From contig OX597814.1 in assembly GCA_951406725.2 (NCBI GenBank), positions 186,806,001 to 186,870,000 of the forward strand: a stretch of 64,000 nt of DNA, written 5' to 3'. The notes below the pieces were generated by a model, which made no database searches, was not told the origin of the DNA, and saw nothing but the letters and a program-made list of their open reading frames with translations. The DNA is from Octopus vulgaris. Taxonomy: Eukaryota. The translations under genes and the position numbers were made by a program. Position 1 is the stretch's first letter; each line of letters opens with the position of its first letter. Shown piece by piece: positions 37,901 to 49,900 of the stretch.

Positions 37901-39085
37901 ATCCCAGATACCTATTGGTAGACTTCACCAGCAAAAGAGAGTAGCTAAGGGTACACATTCTAGGTTGAAGGATGTTACAACAATTGAGTAAGTATTGGAC
38001 AACCAGGAGATTGTCATTGTGGGAGTGAAAGTATAGAGATTTAATGTCCATGGTTAAGAAGAGGTGAGAAGAACTAGAATGGAAGGGTAAAAAATAAAAG
38101 AATTGAAAAGTCAAAACATATGGTTAAAGTCATGAAAGGGAAACAGGAGGGAAGCAACTAAAGGTAAAAGAATGAGGTTGAGGCACTTGGATATCAGTTC
38201 AGTTAAGGAGTTACTGGTGGAGACTAATGGAGTAACTAGAGCCATGAAAGAAATAGACAGTTGAAAGTAACTCTACTCTACAGAGGTCATAACATTGTAG
38301 CCTTGCTGTTGTCAGCCAGTTTTGTAACAATGTTATCTCAATGGCAGAGGTTGTCGAAGGTTGACATTTTGGCTTGAGTAGTGTTGAGGCATTGAAATCT
38401 ATTGCAGAAGTAAAATTGGTTAACTGTAATGTTACCTGTATTGACAAACAAGTCCATACTGCTGGAGGCTCCTGGACGGATGGCAAACTAGGGCCAAAAA
38501 ACAATTCTGATTGCTGAGTATTTGCAGAGACGCTTGACAGAGGATGCACAATTTTGTGCAGTGCAGGAACAGCATGACATCAATGCAAGTTTGAGGTTCA
38601 TCAGAATAATGTATAAGAAGTGGAATGAGGAGCAAGTGTTCAGCTTTGGAGAGCCATGGATCAAGTGATATAGGGACAACAACATGTAGTGGGTCTATAT
38701 GGGTGCATGTGCAGGTGGTAGGATGTGGGAGGAGTGGCTGAAGTTGTAGGGTGATGGTGTGGTGGGAGATCATTACGGAAGATATGGCTGGTAGTAGGGT
38801 GTCTGGACTAGGACCACAACTGAGTGTGGAACATTGCTGGAGGTGGTGGTGGCAGAGTGGAGTAGGGAGTAAAGTTTGAAGGGTTTTTCTTTCCAGTGTA
38901 TGTGAGAAAGTTGAAAAACTGGTGGTTGAGATGTAGAATGAAGGGAAGAATAGGCTGGATGAAGGGTGGGGTGCAAAGACAGGAAAGGAGAATGTAGATC
39001 TCAAAGAGTTTGCAATGTAGAATGGATACTGAAGAGGGCTGAATGTATCAGACAAGAAGATGAGAGAGAATGAGTGAAAACAGAT

Positions 39086-39476
39086 TCATTGGGTATGACT
39101 CCTTCATGCATCACCTGGTTAATTATGCAGGTGACTAGGCTATAGCTGACACCACCAGATATTTTGAGCATCTCTACAGTGATTCTTGATGAGCTGTGGG
39201 CTTTCCCTGTTTTCATACCCTTAATAGATTTATCAACCAAGGTACTGTCAAGTTGGATAGCTGTTCCCTCTGTTGGGTTGGCATTCAGCAGATTCTCATT
39301 TTCCCATTCATTCCCTTTATTTGGCAACCTTTCATTGTGGCATCTCCAAACCTCTCTCTTTGCAGCCTTGTTTAATGCAAGTGAACCATCAGACACATTT
39401 CTCTCCTACGACATCACAATTCTCTCTCACAATTCGTCTTGCAACACGAAATACCAAGTCTTTAGTCCTCACAACG

Positions 39477-39478
<2 letters not shown>
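39086..39478 (-). mobile_element. Internal fragment of the RTE-clade LINE
   Basis: [31 protein letters not shown], homologous to 48210-48275 (MKTGKAPSPSGITAE). Confidence 0.8.
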
Positions 39479-39531
<53 letters not shown>

Positions 39532-39679
39532 CACATATATATATATACACATATATATATATACACACATATATATATACATACACATATATATATATAC
39601 ACATATATATATATACACATATATATATATACACATATATATATATACACATATATATATATACACATATATATATATA
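39478..39679. repeat. Compound (TA)n/(CA) microsatellite
   Basis: Seen directly. Confidence 0.95.
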
Positions 39680-39686
39680 AAGCACC

Positions 39687-40098
39687 GCCAGCGCCGCCCC
39701 AACTGGCTCCTGTGCCGGTGGCACATAAAAAGCACCATCCGAACATGGCCGATGCCAGCGCCGCCCCGACTGGCTTCTGTGCCGGTGGCACATAAAAAGC
39801 ACCATCCGAACGTGGCCGATGCCAGCGCCGCCCCGACTGGCTCCTGTGCCGGTGGCACATAAAAAGCACCATCCGAACGTGGCCGATGACAGCACCGCCC
39901 CGACTGGCTTCTGTGCCGGTGGCACATAAAAAGCACCATCCGAACGTGGCCGATGCCAGCGCCGCCCCGACTGGCTCCTGTGCCGGTGGCACATAAAAAG
40001 CACCATCCGAACGTGGCCGATGCCAGCACCGCCCCGACTGGCTTCTGTGCCGGTGGCACATAAAAAGCACCATCCGAACGTGGCCGTTGCCAGCACCG
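39687..40098 (+). repeat. 67-bp GC-rich minisatellite, 6 full units plus a partial unit
   Basis: Unit GCCAGCGCCGCCCCGACTGGCTYCTGTGCCGGTGGCACATAAAAAGCACCATCCGAACGTGGCCGAT starting at 39687, 39754, 39821, 39888, 39955 and 40022; homologous to the RTE 3' arrays. Confidence 0.95.
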
Positions 40099-40127
40099 CA
40101 TACATACATATATCCATCTTATATATA

Positions 40128-41004
40128 TAATCTGAATTGAAAGGTCTCCAAAAATATTTAGAAATCACAGACATGTTTATTGTCAATGATCTTTACAACA
40201 TTTTCAAGTTAGAACATTTATCGATTTTTCTACATAATCGCCATTTTAGTCAAGTTATTTTTGTAGGTGCTGGGGAAGTTTTTTTATGCCCATATCATAC
40301 CTGCTCACCGCCATGTCCTTGAGGAAGAGTTGAACCTCATCTTTCTCCTCCGCTTCATTGCTGATGCACATTCCAGCCAAATGTTCTTTGAACTTAGGGA
40401 ACAGGTGGTAGTCAGTCGATTCCAAGTCTGGACTATAAGGTGGCTTGCCATTTATAGTCTTCTGTGAACATTCATGGGACCCATCTTCCACACACCTTCC
40501 AATATTTCAATTTTTCACTCAAAACTCTATGAGTGGTTCTTCGGGTAGCCTCTGGAACCGAAATGCTGAGATCATCCAGAATGATCTGCTAATTTTCACA
40601 CAGGATTTTCTCAACCTTTGTGACGCTCTCATTAGAAATCGATGGTCACCCGCTTCTTTCTTTGTCATGAAATTCAGTACGACCAGTTTCAAATTCCCTA
40701 CACCGCCTGCGGATGTCTTTGACATCCATGCACGATTCATTGCATTAATTGGCGATGAATTTCAATCGGTCTAATGCCTTTTGCATTCAAACACCGAATA
40801 ACTGTGTTAACTTCACACTTGGTGGTAGTGTCAATCAGGAGCTCCATCAGATACAACCTGCAAGCCAAGACTGAGCATGGCAGCAATGCGTGCGCAGGGG
40901 CAGATGTATGCACTACAAACAGAACTATGTTGCCAATAGCTGCACGCACAGTTTCCTTGCACCCCTAGCGCTTTGGAGACCTTACATTTGAGATTACCCT
41001 CATA
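40128..41004 (-). mobile_element. Internally deleted mariner transposon
   Basis: PPYSPDLESTDYHLFPKFKEHLAG; N-terminal VIRCLNAKGIRPIEIHRQL. TIRs TAATCTGAATTGAAAGGTCTCCAA / TTGGAGACCTTACATTTGAGATTA. Confidence 0.9.
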
Positions 41005-41500
41005 TATATATATATGCATACACATATATAAATACATATACATATGTGTGTGTGTATGTATAACATGCATTGAGCATTACTCTTTCATTTGTCCGATAGA
41101 TATATATGAAAGAGAAAGACACACATTTGTCATGATTGCATGGTTACTCTACAGCTACATAGTTTCTGGTTCAGTCCCACTGTGTGGCACCTTGGTCAAG
41201 AGTCTTCTACTATAGTTCTAGATCAGCCAGTGCTTTTTGAATGAACTTGGCAGGCAAAACTTTAGGAAACCTGTTGTACATGCATATGTGTGTGCATATA
41301 TTTACATATATGCAAATGCATGTGAATATTAGCATTCCATAGTTTCACTAGACAAAGCCAGCCTGTAATATGATGTTTACATGGCTTGTTGAGATTATGA
41401 TCAGCCACCATACATTTGTAAAGACTTGTAGAATATTAACAAAATCCTTTGTTTGAAAAACAGGTAAGGATTAGTGACACAAATACATATGAGGAACATA

Positions 41501-42257
41501 TATGAGGTGGTATCAAAAGGTTCTGATAACTTATATACCTAAGTTTTAACATCATCTCCTTCGAAATAGTCAGCAATACACCAGTGCCAGTGTTTCTGCC
41601 ACTTTTGGAATCCAGCCTGGAAGTCATTTTCCAAAAGCAAGTTGAGGACCTTCTGCAATTCGTTCTTCATCTTGACAAGAGTGTTAAAATGGGGACCTTT
41701 GAGCTACATTTTCCCCTTAGGGAAGAGATGGAAGTCTACAGTTGATAAATCTGGTGAATAGAGCAGGTGCAGAAGCAATACCAAGTTGTTTTTAGTGAGA
41801 AACTCACAAGTAAGGAGAGTTCGATGACGGTGCATTGTCGTTGTGAAGAATTGGATTCTTCATGCTTCACAAATCCAGTCACTTTCACCAAGTGCCCTTC
41901 CTCATATGCTTCAAAATGTCATTGATTGTCCTCTGATGATTCTCATGCATAAGCTGATGAATTTTCTCCACATTTCCGGGAGTGACATTTGTGGATCACT
42001 CATCGTCTTCCAGGGACATTCTTCCACTTTTGAAGCACCTGCATCACCCAAAACATTGCCCCATTGCATCCAACTTCTCATTCATAACAAAAATCACAGA
42101 CTACAGCACACACATGACCACAAAAACACAAAATTTACAATTTGCGAAGTAAATACTGAGATGTCAAATGGCACACATAAAGTTCTCACTGCGCACATGA
42201 CCATGTCTTTGGACATGCTACAGAACTAGTTTGGGAACATTTTGATACCACCTCATA
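41501..42257 (-). mobile_element. Non-autonomous mariner with both TIRs
   Basis: TATGAGGTGGTATCAAAA ... TTTTGATACCACCTCATA. Minus strand contains LHNDNAPS and LYSPDLSTVDFHLFP. Confidence 0.9.
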
Positions 42258-42779
42258 TTTAAATGGACTTCCCATTAATGTCAGTGCAGGACCTTTAGTT
42301 GTTTAATCAAATAACTGCTTTAATCTTCCAATTAAATATATGATATAGCTGACTGTACAAAAGATACATGTATACAATGTAGCTGTGTAATCAGTGTACC
42401 TTTGAATTGCAGTAACAATTTATTTTATGGTCTCACAAACTCTGTTTACCAATATCACTGACAAAGGATGAATCAACCTGTAGTTATGGTAAGATAAACA
42501 TGCTCAAGATACTTTAGCATGGAATCAAACCCTGAACCTCAAGATTGCAATGTAAATTTTTTAACCATCCAGCACCAGAAGCATTGTCATGACCTTGCCA
42601 AAACACTGCTAAAGAGATAATTAAACCCTATCCTTTCTCTGCTCATCATTCACCAACTGCTTTACAGAGTGGTGTACTGGAGGTCTTTTAATGTAACACC
42701 AGCACTAGCAAGTTTGTTATGTCCTCAATAAGAGAAGACTAAGGGTATCTCTCAACCCTATACCTTTGTATTCACATAC

Positions 42780-42783
42780 GCAT

Positions 42784-42832
<49 letters not shown>

Positions 42833-43053
42833 TAGTTTTATATATACACACATACACACACATAGTTTTATATATACACACATACACACACATAGTTTTA
42901 TATATACACACATACACACACAGTTTTATATATACACACATACACAATTTTATATATACACACATACACACACAGTTTTATATATACACACATACACACA
43001 CAGTTTTATATATACACACATACACACACAGTTTTATATATACACACATACAC

Positions 43054-43095
<42 letters not shown>
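42780..43095. repeat. Microsatellite-derived minisatellite (ACACATACACACACAGTTTTATATAT-like unit, about 26-30 bp)
   Basis: Seen directly; ends in (TA)n. Confidence 0.9.
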
Positions 43096-43100
<5 letters not shown>

Positions 43101-43344
43101 GCAGCTGTTTCTTGCACCTAAGAATTTTAATTTTCTCCTGATTAAGTGGTTTCTTCATGTTGAGGTATGGGAATGCCATCCCTTATGCAAAACAGGAGAG
43201 AAGAAAATGACAAGGAAAAGTTGATGGAGAACATGGTTATTATTGTTTCATCTTTCATTCTTTACATTTTTTTCTTCAACTTTTCTTTTACTTTCAAATT
43301 CAAAATGATCTGACCCAGTGATGACAGTTAGAACAACTCTGTAC

Positions 43345-43791
43345 TTAACCCTTTCGTTACTGTATTTATTTCGAGAAGCTCTGTGTTTTATTTTTTATTT
43401 TTTTATTTTATCTAGTTTCAGCTCACGAGCTGTGGCCATGCTGGGGCATTACTTTAAATATAACAAAGAATTTTGTAAAATAACTTAATTATCATTCAGC
43501 TAGTGTTAGGAACATAAATTGTGACTAAGGTTTGGTGGAAGATTTTAATTCAAAACTTATGAAAACAAGATGCCATATTACATAATACATAGAGTGAACT
43601 TTTTAAATTCACAGTCAAAATGAAAAGCATTCGATTCCTGCTCCATAAATTTGCTGTCTTTCCAACCTCACTTTATACAGAAAATACTGATTAAATAGTT
43701 CGAATTCAGAGAGATCTGGGGGGAAAAAAAATCAAAACCAATTGTAAGCTAAAAGTGTTTCAAACAGCCGGGTTGGTAACAAAAGGGTTAA
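43345..43791. mobile_element. piggyBac-type MITE containing a short antisense CR1-like tail
   Basis: TTAA-CCCTTTCGTTAC ... GTAACAAAAGGG-TTAA. Insert at about 43390-43449 (TAGTTTCAGCTCACGAGCTGTGGCCATGCTGGGGCA) is the reverse complement of the LINE tail at 51280-51315. Confidence 0.8.
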
Positions 43792-43859
43792 GACTTCCAT
43801 GCTTGTTTCAGTTCCAACCATTTTGAGGGTTGAGTTTATTTAACCATTGTAATGATGGA

Positions 43860-44400
43860 AATGATATTGTCATGGTCTTTTCCTGATGGTTAACTCACTG
43901 AAGAGGATTTCATTAACCACATGACCTAACCATTATAGTCAATGTTTCATGATTTGCTTTTTCTGGAACAGCTTTGTTAGTTATATATTCTCCCACCTCA
44001 TATGGTGTTTAAGATGGTGCAGAGCTTTTGTTGATGAACATGCTCCAGCTTTTTCATCTTGACAATTAAGTGTTCAAGTTTTCATATTTGTGTAATACAA
44101 GAAACTGAGAATGCAGCAGTTTCTTTTAGATCTTTGTGCTTAAGACTTTTCTAATCAGCTACTTCTTAAGACTTGTTTTACCAGATTTCCAATGGTTGAT
44201 CCATTTCTATGATCTACATCCTTTTCAGAAATATATTTGTTAGAAAATAGATTTCGAAGATAAGAAAAGTGATCAATTCTCTCAAGAGATGTATCAGAGA
44301 TTGTAAAGATGGGAATGTTGAAATCAGGATAATTGGTCTTTGGGGTAGACTGATTGAGGACAAGGTGATCATATATATACTAGTGAAGTTGATGGATATA
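43860..44400 (-). mobile_element. Old RTE (BovB-like) LINE relic
   Basis: FTISDTSLERIDHFSYLRNLFS, KKLEHVHQQKLCTILN, WLGHVV, ILFSELT. Confidence 0.6.
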
Positions 44401-45699
44401 CATTGGTGAAGTTTTGATGTGTGTGTGTGTGTGTTTGTGTGTGTGATATACAGACAGAATTGCACTATCATCTGCCTATTGAAGCCCTGGGATGCATTGG
44501 AAGTTGGTTAGTTGAAGAGACTGAAATCTAGCTATGATGGATAGTCCACCATCTGATATGTGTATGTGTCTCAGTATGTAAGTATATACATATTAAGTCA
44601 GCCCTAATTAGTTCAATACCAATGCATAAGCACAACATGATTAGCTGTGATTATTGTGTTTTGATTTGTATAATTTATAATGTGATGTTATTGTTTAACT
44701 CCATGTCAGCTCTGATGAAGTGGACCTACTACCAAAGGTAATGCGGCAGTCATCATTCCAATTATTTTTTATGTGCAAGGAACTTAGAACCACACTGATG
44801 CAATGTGTAGCACTTTTTAAGATAAGGCAATAATTTAAGAGATTTGATTGCTATTTCTAGCAGGTTGAGTGACCACACAAGACTCCCACATTAGCCTGTA
44901 TATTATGATGTAATTATATTATGCATGTGTGTGTGATATTATGTAATATGACAAGATACCTGACATGGTGCATATCATTTGATACATGATTGTGAGTACG
45001 TGACTGCAAATAAATGTTGCAAATTTATTAAATCAATGTTTATAAGTAAAAAAGAAAATTATATTAATCTGATTTAATCAATGGTCAATCAAAAGTGTTA
45101 TCATTACTAAACTAAATTTTTCACTTTGATGTGACAATTGCTAATCTCCACCATAAACACATACCTCATATTAAACCTATTCCATTATTTAAAATAATCA
45201 CTGTTGCTACGACAGAGGATAAATGATAAGTCAGCTGATAGGCGGGGTACTTTTTGTGTGTATATGTGAAAGTGTGTGTGTGAGTGTAACAATATTAATA
45301 TCAACCAAAGTTGCTCGTGTATGTGTGTTCGTCACATATACATGAACACCTTAAAAGGGAGGAGCATCTTTTAAAAATCTGAGATTACTTGGCATGAATT
45401 TTTTTTAAAAATGCAATGAGTGACTTCAGAAATGAAAAAAATATGTAAACATCATTAGCTAAATCATTTTAAAATGTATGTGATATGATCAGTTACAAGA
45501 ATATAAACGTATAACTCTTGACGATGTATGTGCAATTACGAAATCTTTATTCCAAGCGATGTATTCCATCATTAGATTTGTACAAGTGTATTTGCGTGTG
45601 TCACAGATATACATAAAAATGACCTGTCTGTAAATATATATTTATAACTAATAATTAATGGATATACCTTTGCAAATCGGCTTATTCATGTATGCTACT

Positions 45700-46439
45700 A
45701 CTATATATATAATATATGTATATATGTATGTATTATATTATATATATGTATGTTTTATATTATATATATATATATATATATGTATTATATTATACCTATG
45801 TGTTTTATATTATATATATATATGTATTATATTATACATATGTGTTTTATATTATATATATATATGTATTATATTATACATGTGTTTTATATTATATATA
45901 TATATGTATTATATTATACATATGTGTTTTATATTATATATATATGTATTATATTATACATGTGTTTTATATTATGTGTTTTATATGTATTATATTATAC
46001 ATGTGTTTTATATATGTATTATATTATACATATGTGTTTTATATTATATATATATATGTATTATATTATACATGTGTTTTATATTATATATATGTATTGT
46101 ATTATATATATATATATGTTTTATATTATATATATATATATATTGTATTATACTATATATATATATATTTTGTATTATACTATATATATATATGTAGTAT
46201 ATATATATATACATATATATATATGTATCGTATTATATATATATTATATATATATATATATTATATATATATAAATATATGTATTGTATTATATATATAT
46301 GTTTTATATTATATATATATATTTTATATTATATATATATATTTTATATTATATATATATATATATATTTGTATTATAAATTATATATATATGTATTGTA
46401 TTATAAATTATATATATATGTATTATATTATATATATAC
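45700..46439. repeat. AT-rich low-complexity minisatellite
   Basis: Iterated TATATGTATTATATTATACATGTGTTTTATAT variants. Confidence 0.95.
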
Positions 46440-47040
46440 GTGCCGGTGGGCACATAAAAAGCACCTTTCGAGCATGATCATTACCAGAGTCGCCTTACTG
46501 GCACTTGTGCCGGTGGCACATAATCAAAACATTCGAGCGAGGTCGTTGCTAGTGCCGCTGGACTGACTCCTGTGCAGGTGGCAAATAAAGAAACACCATT
46601 TCGAGCGTGGCCGGAGCCAGTACTGACAGACTGGCCCTCGTGCTGGTGGCACATAAAAGCACCCATTGCACTCTCAGAGTGGTTGGCATTAGGAAGGGCA
46701 TCTGGCTGTGGAAGCCCTGCCAGATTAGATTGGAGCCTGGCGCAGCCATCTGGTTCGCCAATCCTCAGTCAAATCGTCCAACCCAAGCTAGCATGGAAAG
46801 CGGATGTTAAAAGATGATGATGATGACACACACTCTGCTTGAGGAGACCTATTGAGTCAAGTACATCAACATCAAAAGATCAAATGGAAATTGTAGTCAT
46901 GATACCTGTGCTGGTGGCACATAAAAAGCACCATCTGAATGTGGCCGTTGCCAGTGCCTACTTCACTGGCTTCCGTGCTGGTGGCACATAAAAAGCACCA
47001 ACTGATCGTGGCCATTTGCCAGCCTCTTCTGGCACCCAAA
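46440..47040 (+). mobile_element. Two adjacent RTE 3'-region fragments (structured repeat array plus terminal module)
   Basis: GTGCCGGTGGCACATAAAA units, then the module ending CATGGAAAGCGGATGTTAAAAGATGATGAT at about 46825, then a second 3' fragment (CTCTGCTTGAGGAGACC...). Confidence 0.8.
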
Positions 47041-47043
47041 CCA

Positions 47044-48135
47044 TAAAGGGGGAAGCAGACCAGATGCCAAAAACTATTGCCTATCTCTCTGACTTCACAC
47101 ATCAGCAAAGTCATGGAATGGATAATCAGAGGGAAACTAATCGCATTCTTTGAAGAAAATAATTTGCTCCCGACCAGGTAGAAGCTGCCTGGCCCAGCTC
47201 TTACAACATTATGACTGGGTGTTAAGGCAGTTACTCAACAACTGAAATGTGGATGTAATATACCTTGATTTTGTAAAACCTTTTGACAAAGTGGATCATG
47301 GTACGATATGCCACAAACTGCGTGATCTTGGCATAGCTGGAAAACTTGGAGAGTGGTTATATGTCTTTCTGGAAGATAGAAGTCAGGCTGTAGGGGCCAA
47401 TGGAGTCACCTCAATGAAAATACAAATAGTGAGCGGTGTTCCACAGGACACTGTCTTGGGACCACTGCTTTTCATAGTGGCCCTCTCAGATATGCCCTCA
47501 ATTGCCCTGATAGCCATCATTGCTAGCTACGCAAATGATATGAAAGTCTCGCGGGAAATACAGAACCCCAGCAATGTTGCACATCGCAGCAGGAGTTGGA
47601 CTCAATTTACAGATGGGCTGAGGATAATAACATGCGGTTCAATGCTGAAAAATTCCAAGCCTTACGCTACCAGCGTCCAAAACTGAATACGAAACTTACA
47701 GAGTTCAATCTGAGAGCCTAAATGAATGAAGGACCTGGGTATTGATATGAGTGATAATACCTGTTTCCAAGTGCACATTGCCAAAGCTACACCAATGCCA
47801 GAACGTGTCGACACTGCATAGTGCCAAAGATCCCAGCAAAGCCATCACACTTCAGGACAAGTTACTGCAACAGCCTGGGTTTCAGGGGCCCACAGTTTTT
47901 TAATATTCTCCCAAAGTGCCTGAGGAACTTGTGCAAAGTAGATGTAGGTGTTTTTAGATCAAGGCTGGACATCTTACTGTCAAGGATCTCAGATGAACCT
48001 ACCTCACGGCAAGAGGTGCAAATGAGGGTACCTACATCAAATGAGTGCCACATATTAGGGGAGGCTCTCAGTAATAACAGTGTAGCATAAAGGCGGTGCA
48101 TCAGCATGGCCAAAGCTCTGTGCTGAAACTACAGA
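47044..48135 (+). mobile_element. CR1-like LINE, truncated and internally deleted
   Basis: DVIYLDFVKPFDKVDH, SGVPQDTVLGPLLF, YAND, GPQFFNILPK; tail CAGCATGGCC..GCTGAAACTACAG(A)n. Confidence 0.9.
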
Positions 48136-48165
48136 AAAAAATATATATATGTATTATATTATATT

Positions 48166-48209
<44 letters not shown>

Positions 48210-48214
<5 letters not shown>

Positions 48215-49898
48215 GACAGGGAAAGCCCCCAGCCCATCAGGAATTACTGCAGAGAAGGAGTCATACCCAATGACTGGTGTAGCAGCATAATAGTCAACTG
48301 CTACAAGGGTAAAGGTGACGCTTTAGATACAAATAATTACAGAGGTATCAAGCTGTTGGAAATGAAGATCATGGAGATGGTTATAGCCCAACTAATTAGG
48401 GAGAGAGTCAGTTTGGAGGAGATGCAGTTTGGTTTCATGCCAGGGAAAAGCACCACTGTTGCTATATTTCTGGTTAGACAGCTGCAGGAGAAATACCTAG
48501 CCAAAGATAAGCCCTTGTACTTGGCCTTCGTTGACATGGAGAAAGCATTTGACAAGGTCCCCTGATCCCTTATCTGGTGGTCAATGAGGAAACTAGGGAT
48601 AGATGAATGATTAGTGAGAGCCATGCAAGCCATGTACAGGGACACTATCAGTAAGGTGAGGGTTGGCAATGAGTACAGTGAAGAATTTCGGGTAGAGGTA
48701 GGGGTCCACCAAGGTTCAGTCCTCAGCCCCCTCCAATTTATCATAGTTCTCCAGGCTATAACGGAGGAATTCAAGACAGGATGCCCCTGGGAGTTCCTCT
48801 ATGCTGATGACATTGCTCTAATTGCTGAGTCACTATCAGAACTAGAGGAAAGTGTAGCTGCTAGAATATGAATAGCCTGGGCAAAGTAAAGAGAGCTCTT
48901 ACTTCTGCTGGTGACAGAAGGCCTCTCGCTCACAGTAAAAGGTAGACTGTATGACGCATGTGTACGAACAGCCATGCTACATGGTAGTGAAACATGGCAG
49001 TGAAACATGCTGAGGATATGCGTAAGCTCACAAGGAATGAAGCCAGTATGATCCGATGGATGTGTAATGTCAGTGTGCATACTCGACAGAGTGTAAGTAC
49101 CTTGAGAGAAAAGCTAGACCTAAGAAGCATCAGATGTGGTGTGCAAGAGAGGCGATTGTGCAGGTATGATCATGTGGTGAGAATGGATGAGGATAGCTGT
49201 GTGGAAAAGGCCACACCCTAGCGGTTGAGGGAACCTGTGGAAGAGGTAGATCCAGGAAGACCTGGGATGAAGTGGTGAAGCACAACCTTTGAACTTTAGG
49301 CCTCACCAAGGAAATGACTAGTGACTGAGACATTTGGAAATATGCTGTGCTTGAGAAGACCCAGCAAGCCAAATGAGACAATAACCTCACGGCCTATGCC
49401 AGTGGTGTAACTAGCCCACTTATGCATACCTTTTCCTTCTTTGGACACTAAACTCTGCTTGCAAAGACCTGTTGAGGCAAGTGAAATCGAAATCAAATTC
49501 GATGACTAGCATCTGTGCTAGCATGGTGCAAAGAGCACCATTCGAGCTTGATTGTTGCCAGAGCAGCTAACTGGTTTCGTGCCGGTGGCACGTAAAAAGC
49601 ACCATTCAAGCGTGATCGTTACCAGTATCACCTTACTGGCTCCTGTGCCAGTGGGATGTGTAAAAAGATTCAAGCGATGTCGTTGCCAGTACCACCTGAC
49701 TGGCTCTGTGCTGGTAGCATGCAAAAGCACCCACTACACTCTCAGAGTGGTTGGCGTTAGGAATGGCATCCAGCAGTAGAAACTCTGCCAGATTAAGATT
49801 GGAGCCTGGTGCAGCCATCTGGTTCGCCACCTCTCAGTCAAATCATCCAACCCATGCTAGCATGGAAAGCGGACGTTAAATGATGATGATGATGATGA
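48210..49898 (+). mobile_element. RTE-clade LINE, 5'-truncated with internal deletions and complete 3' end
   Basis: NYRGIKLL, FVDMEKAFDKV, GVHQGSVLSP, LYADDIAL; 3' repeat array 49505-49735; (GAT)n tail. Confidence 0.92.
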
Positions 49899-49900
49899 TT

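Noticed and set aside
39710-39750. Pistol ribozyme resemblance of the stem-loop-TAAAAAG motif
   Set aside because: The P2/P3 arrangement and cleavage-site context of pistol are absent; kept only as a generic pseudoknot.
39687-40098. CRISPR-like array
   Set aside because: Units are contiguous near-identical 67-mers with no unique spacers, there are no cas genes, the context is eukaryotic, and the unit derives from the RTE 3' region.
39164-40186. Long ORFs of 135-265 aa
   Set aside because: Open frames come from the (TA)n/(CA)n tract and the tandem repeat; no recognisable protein.
45658-46566. Tyr/Ile-rich ORFs up to 253 aa
   Set aside because: Translation of an AT minisatellite.
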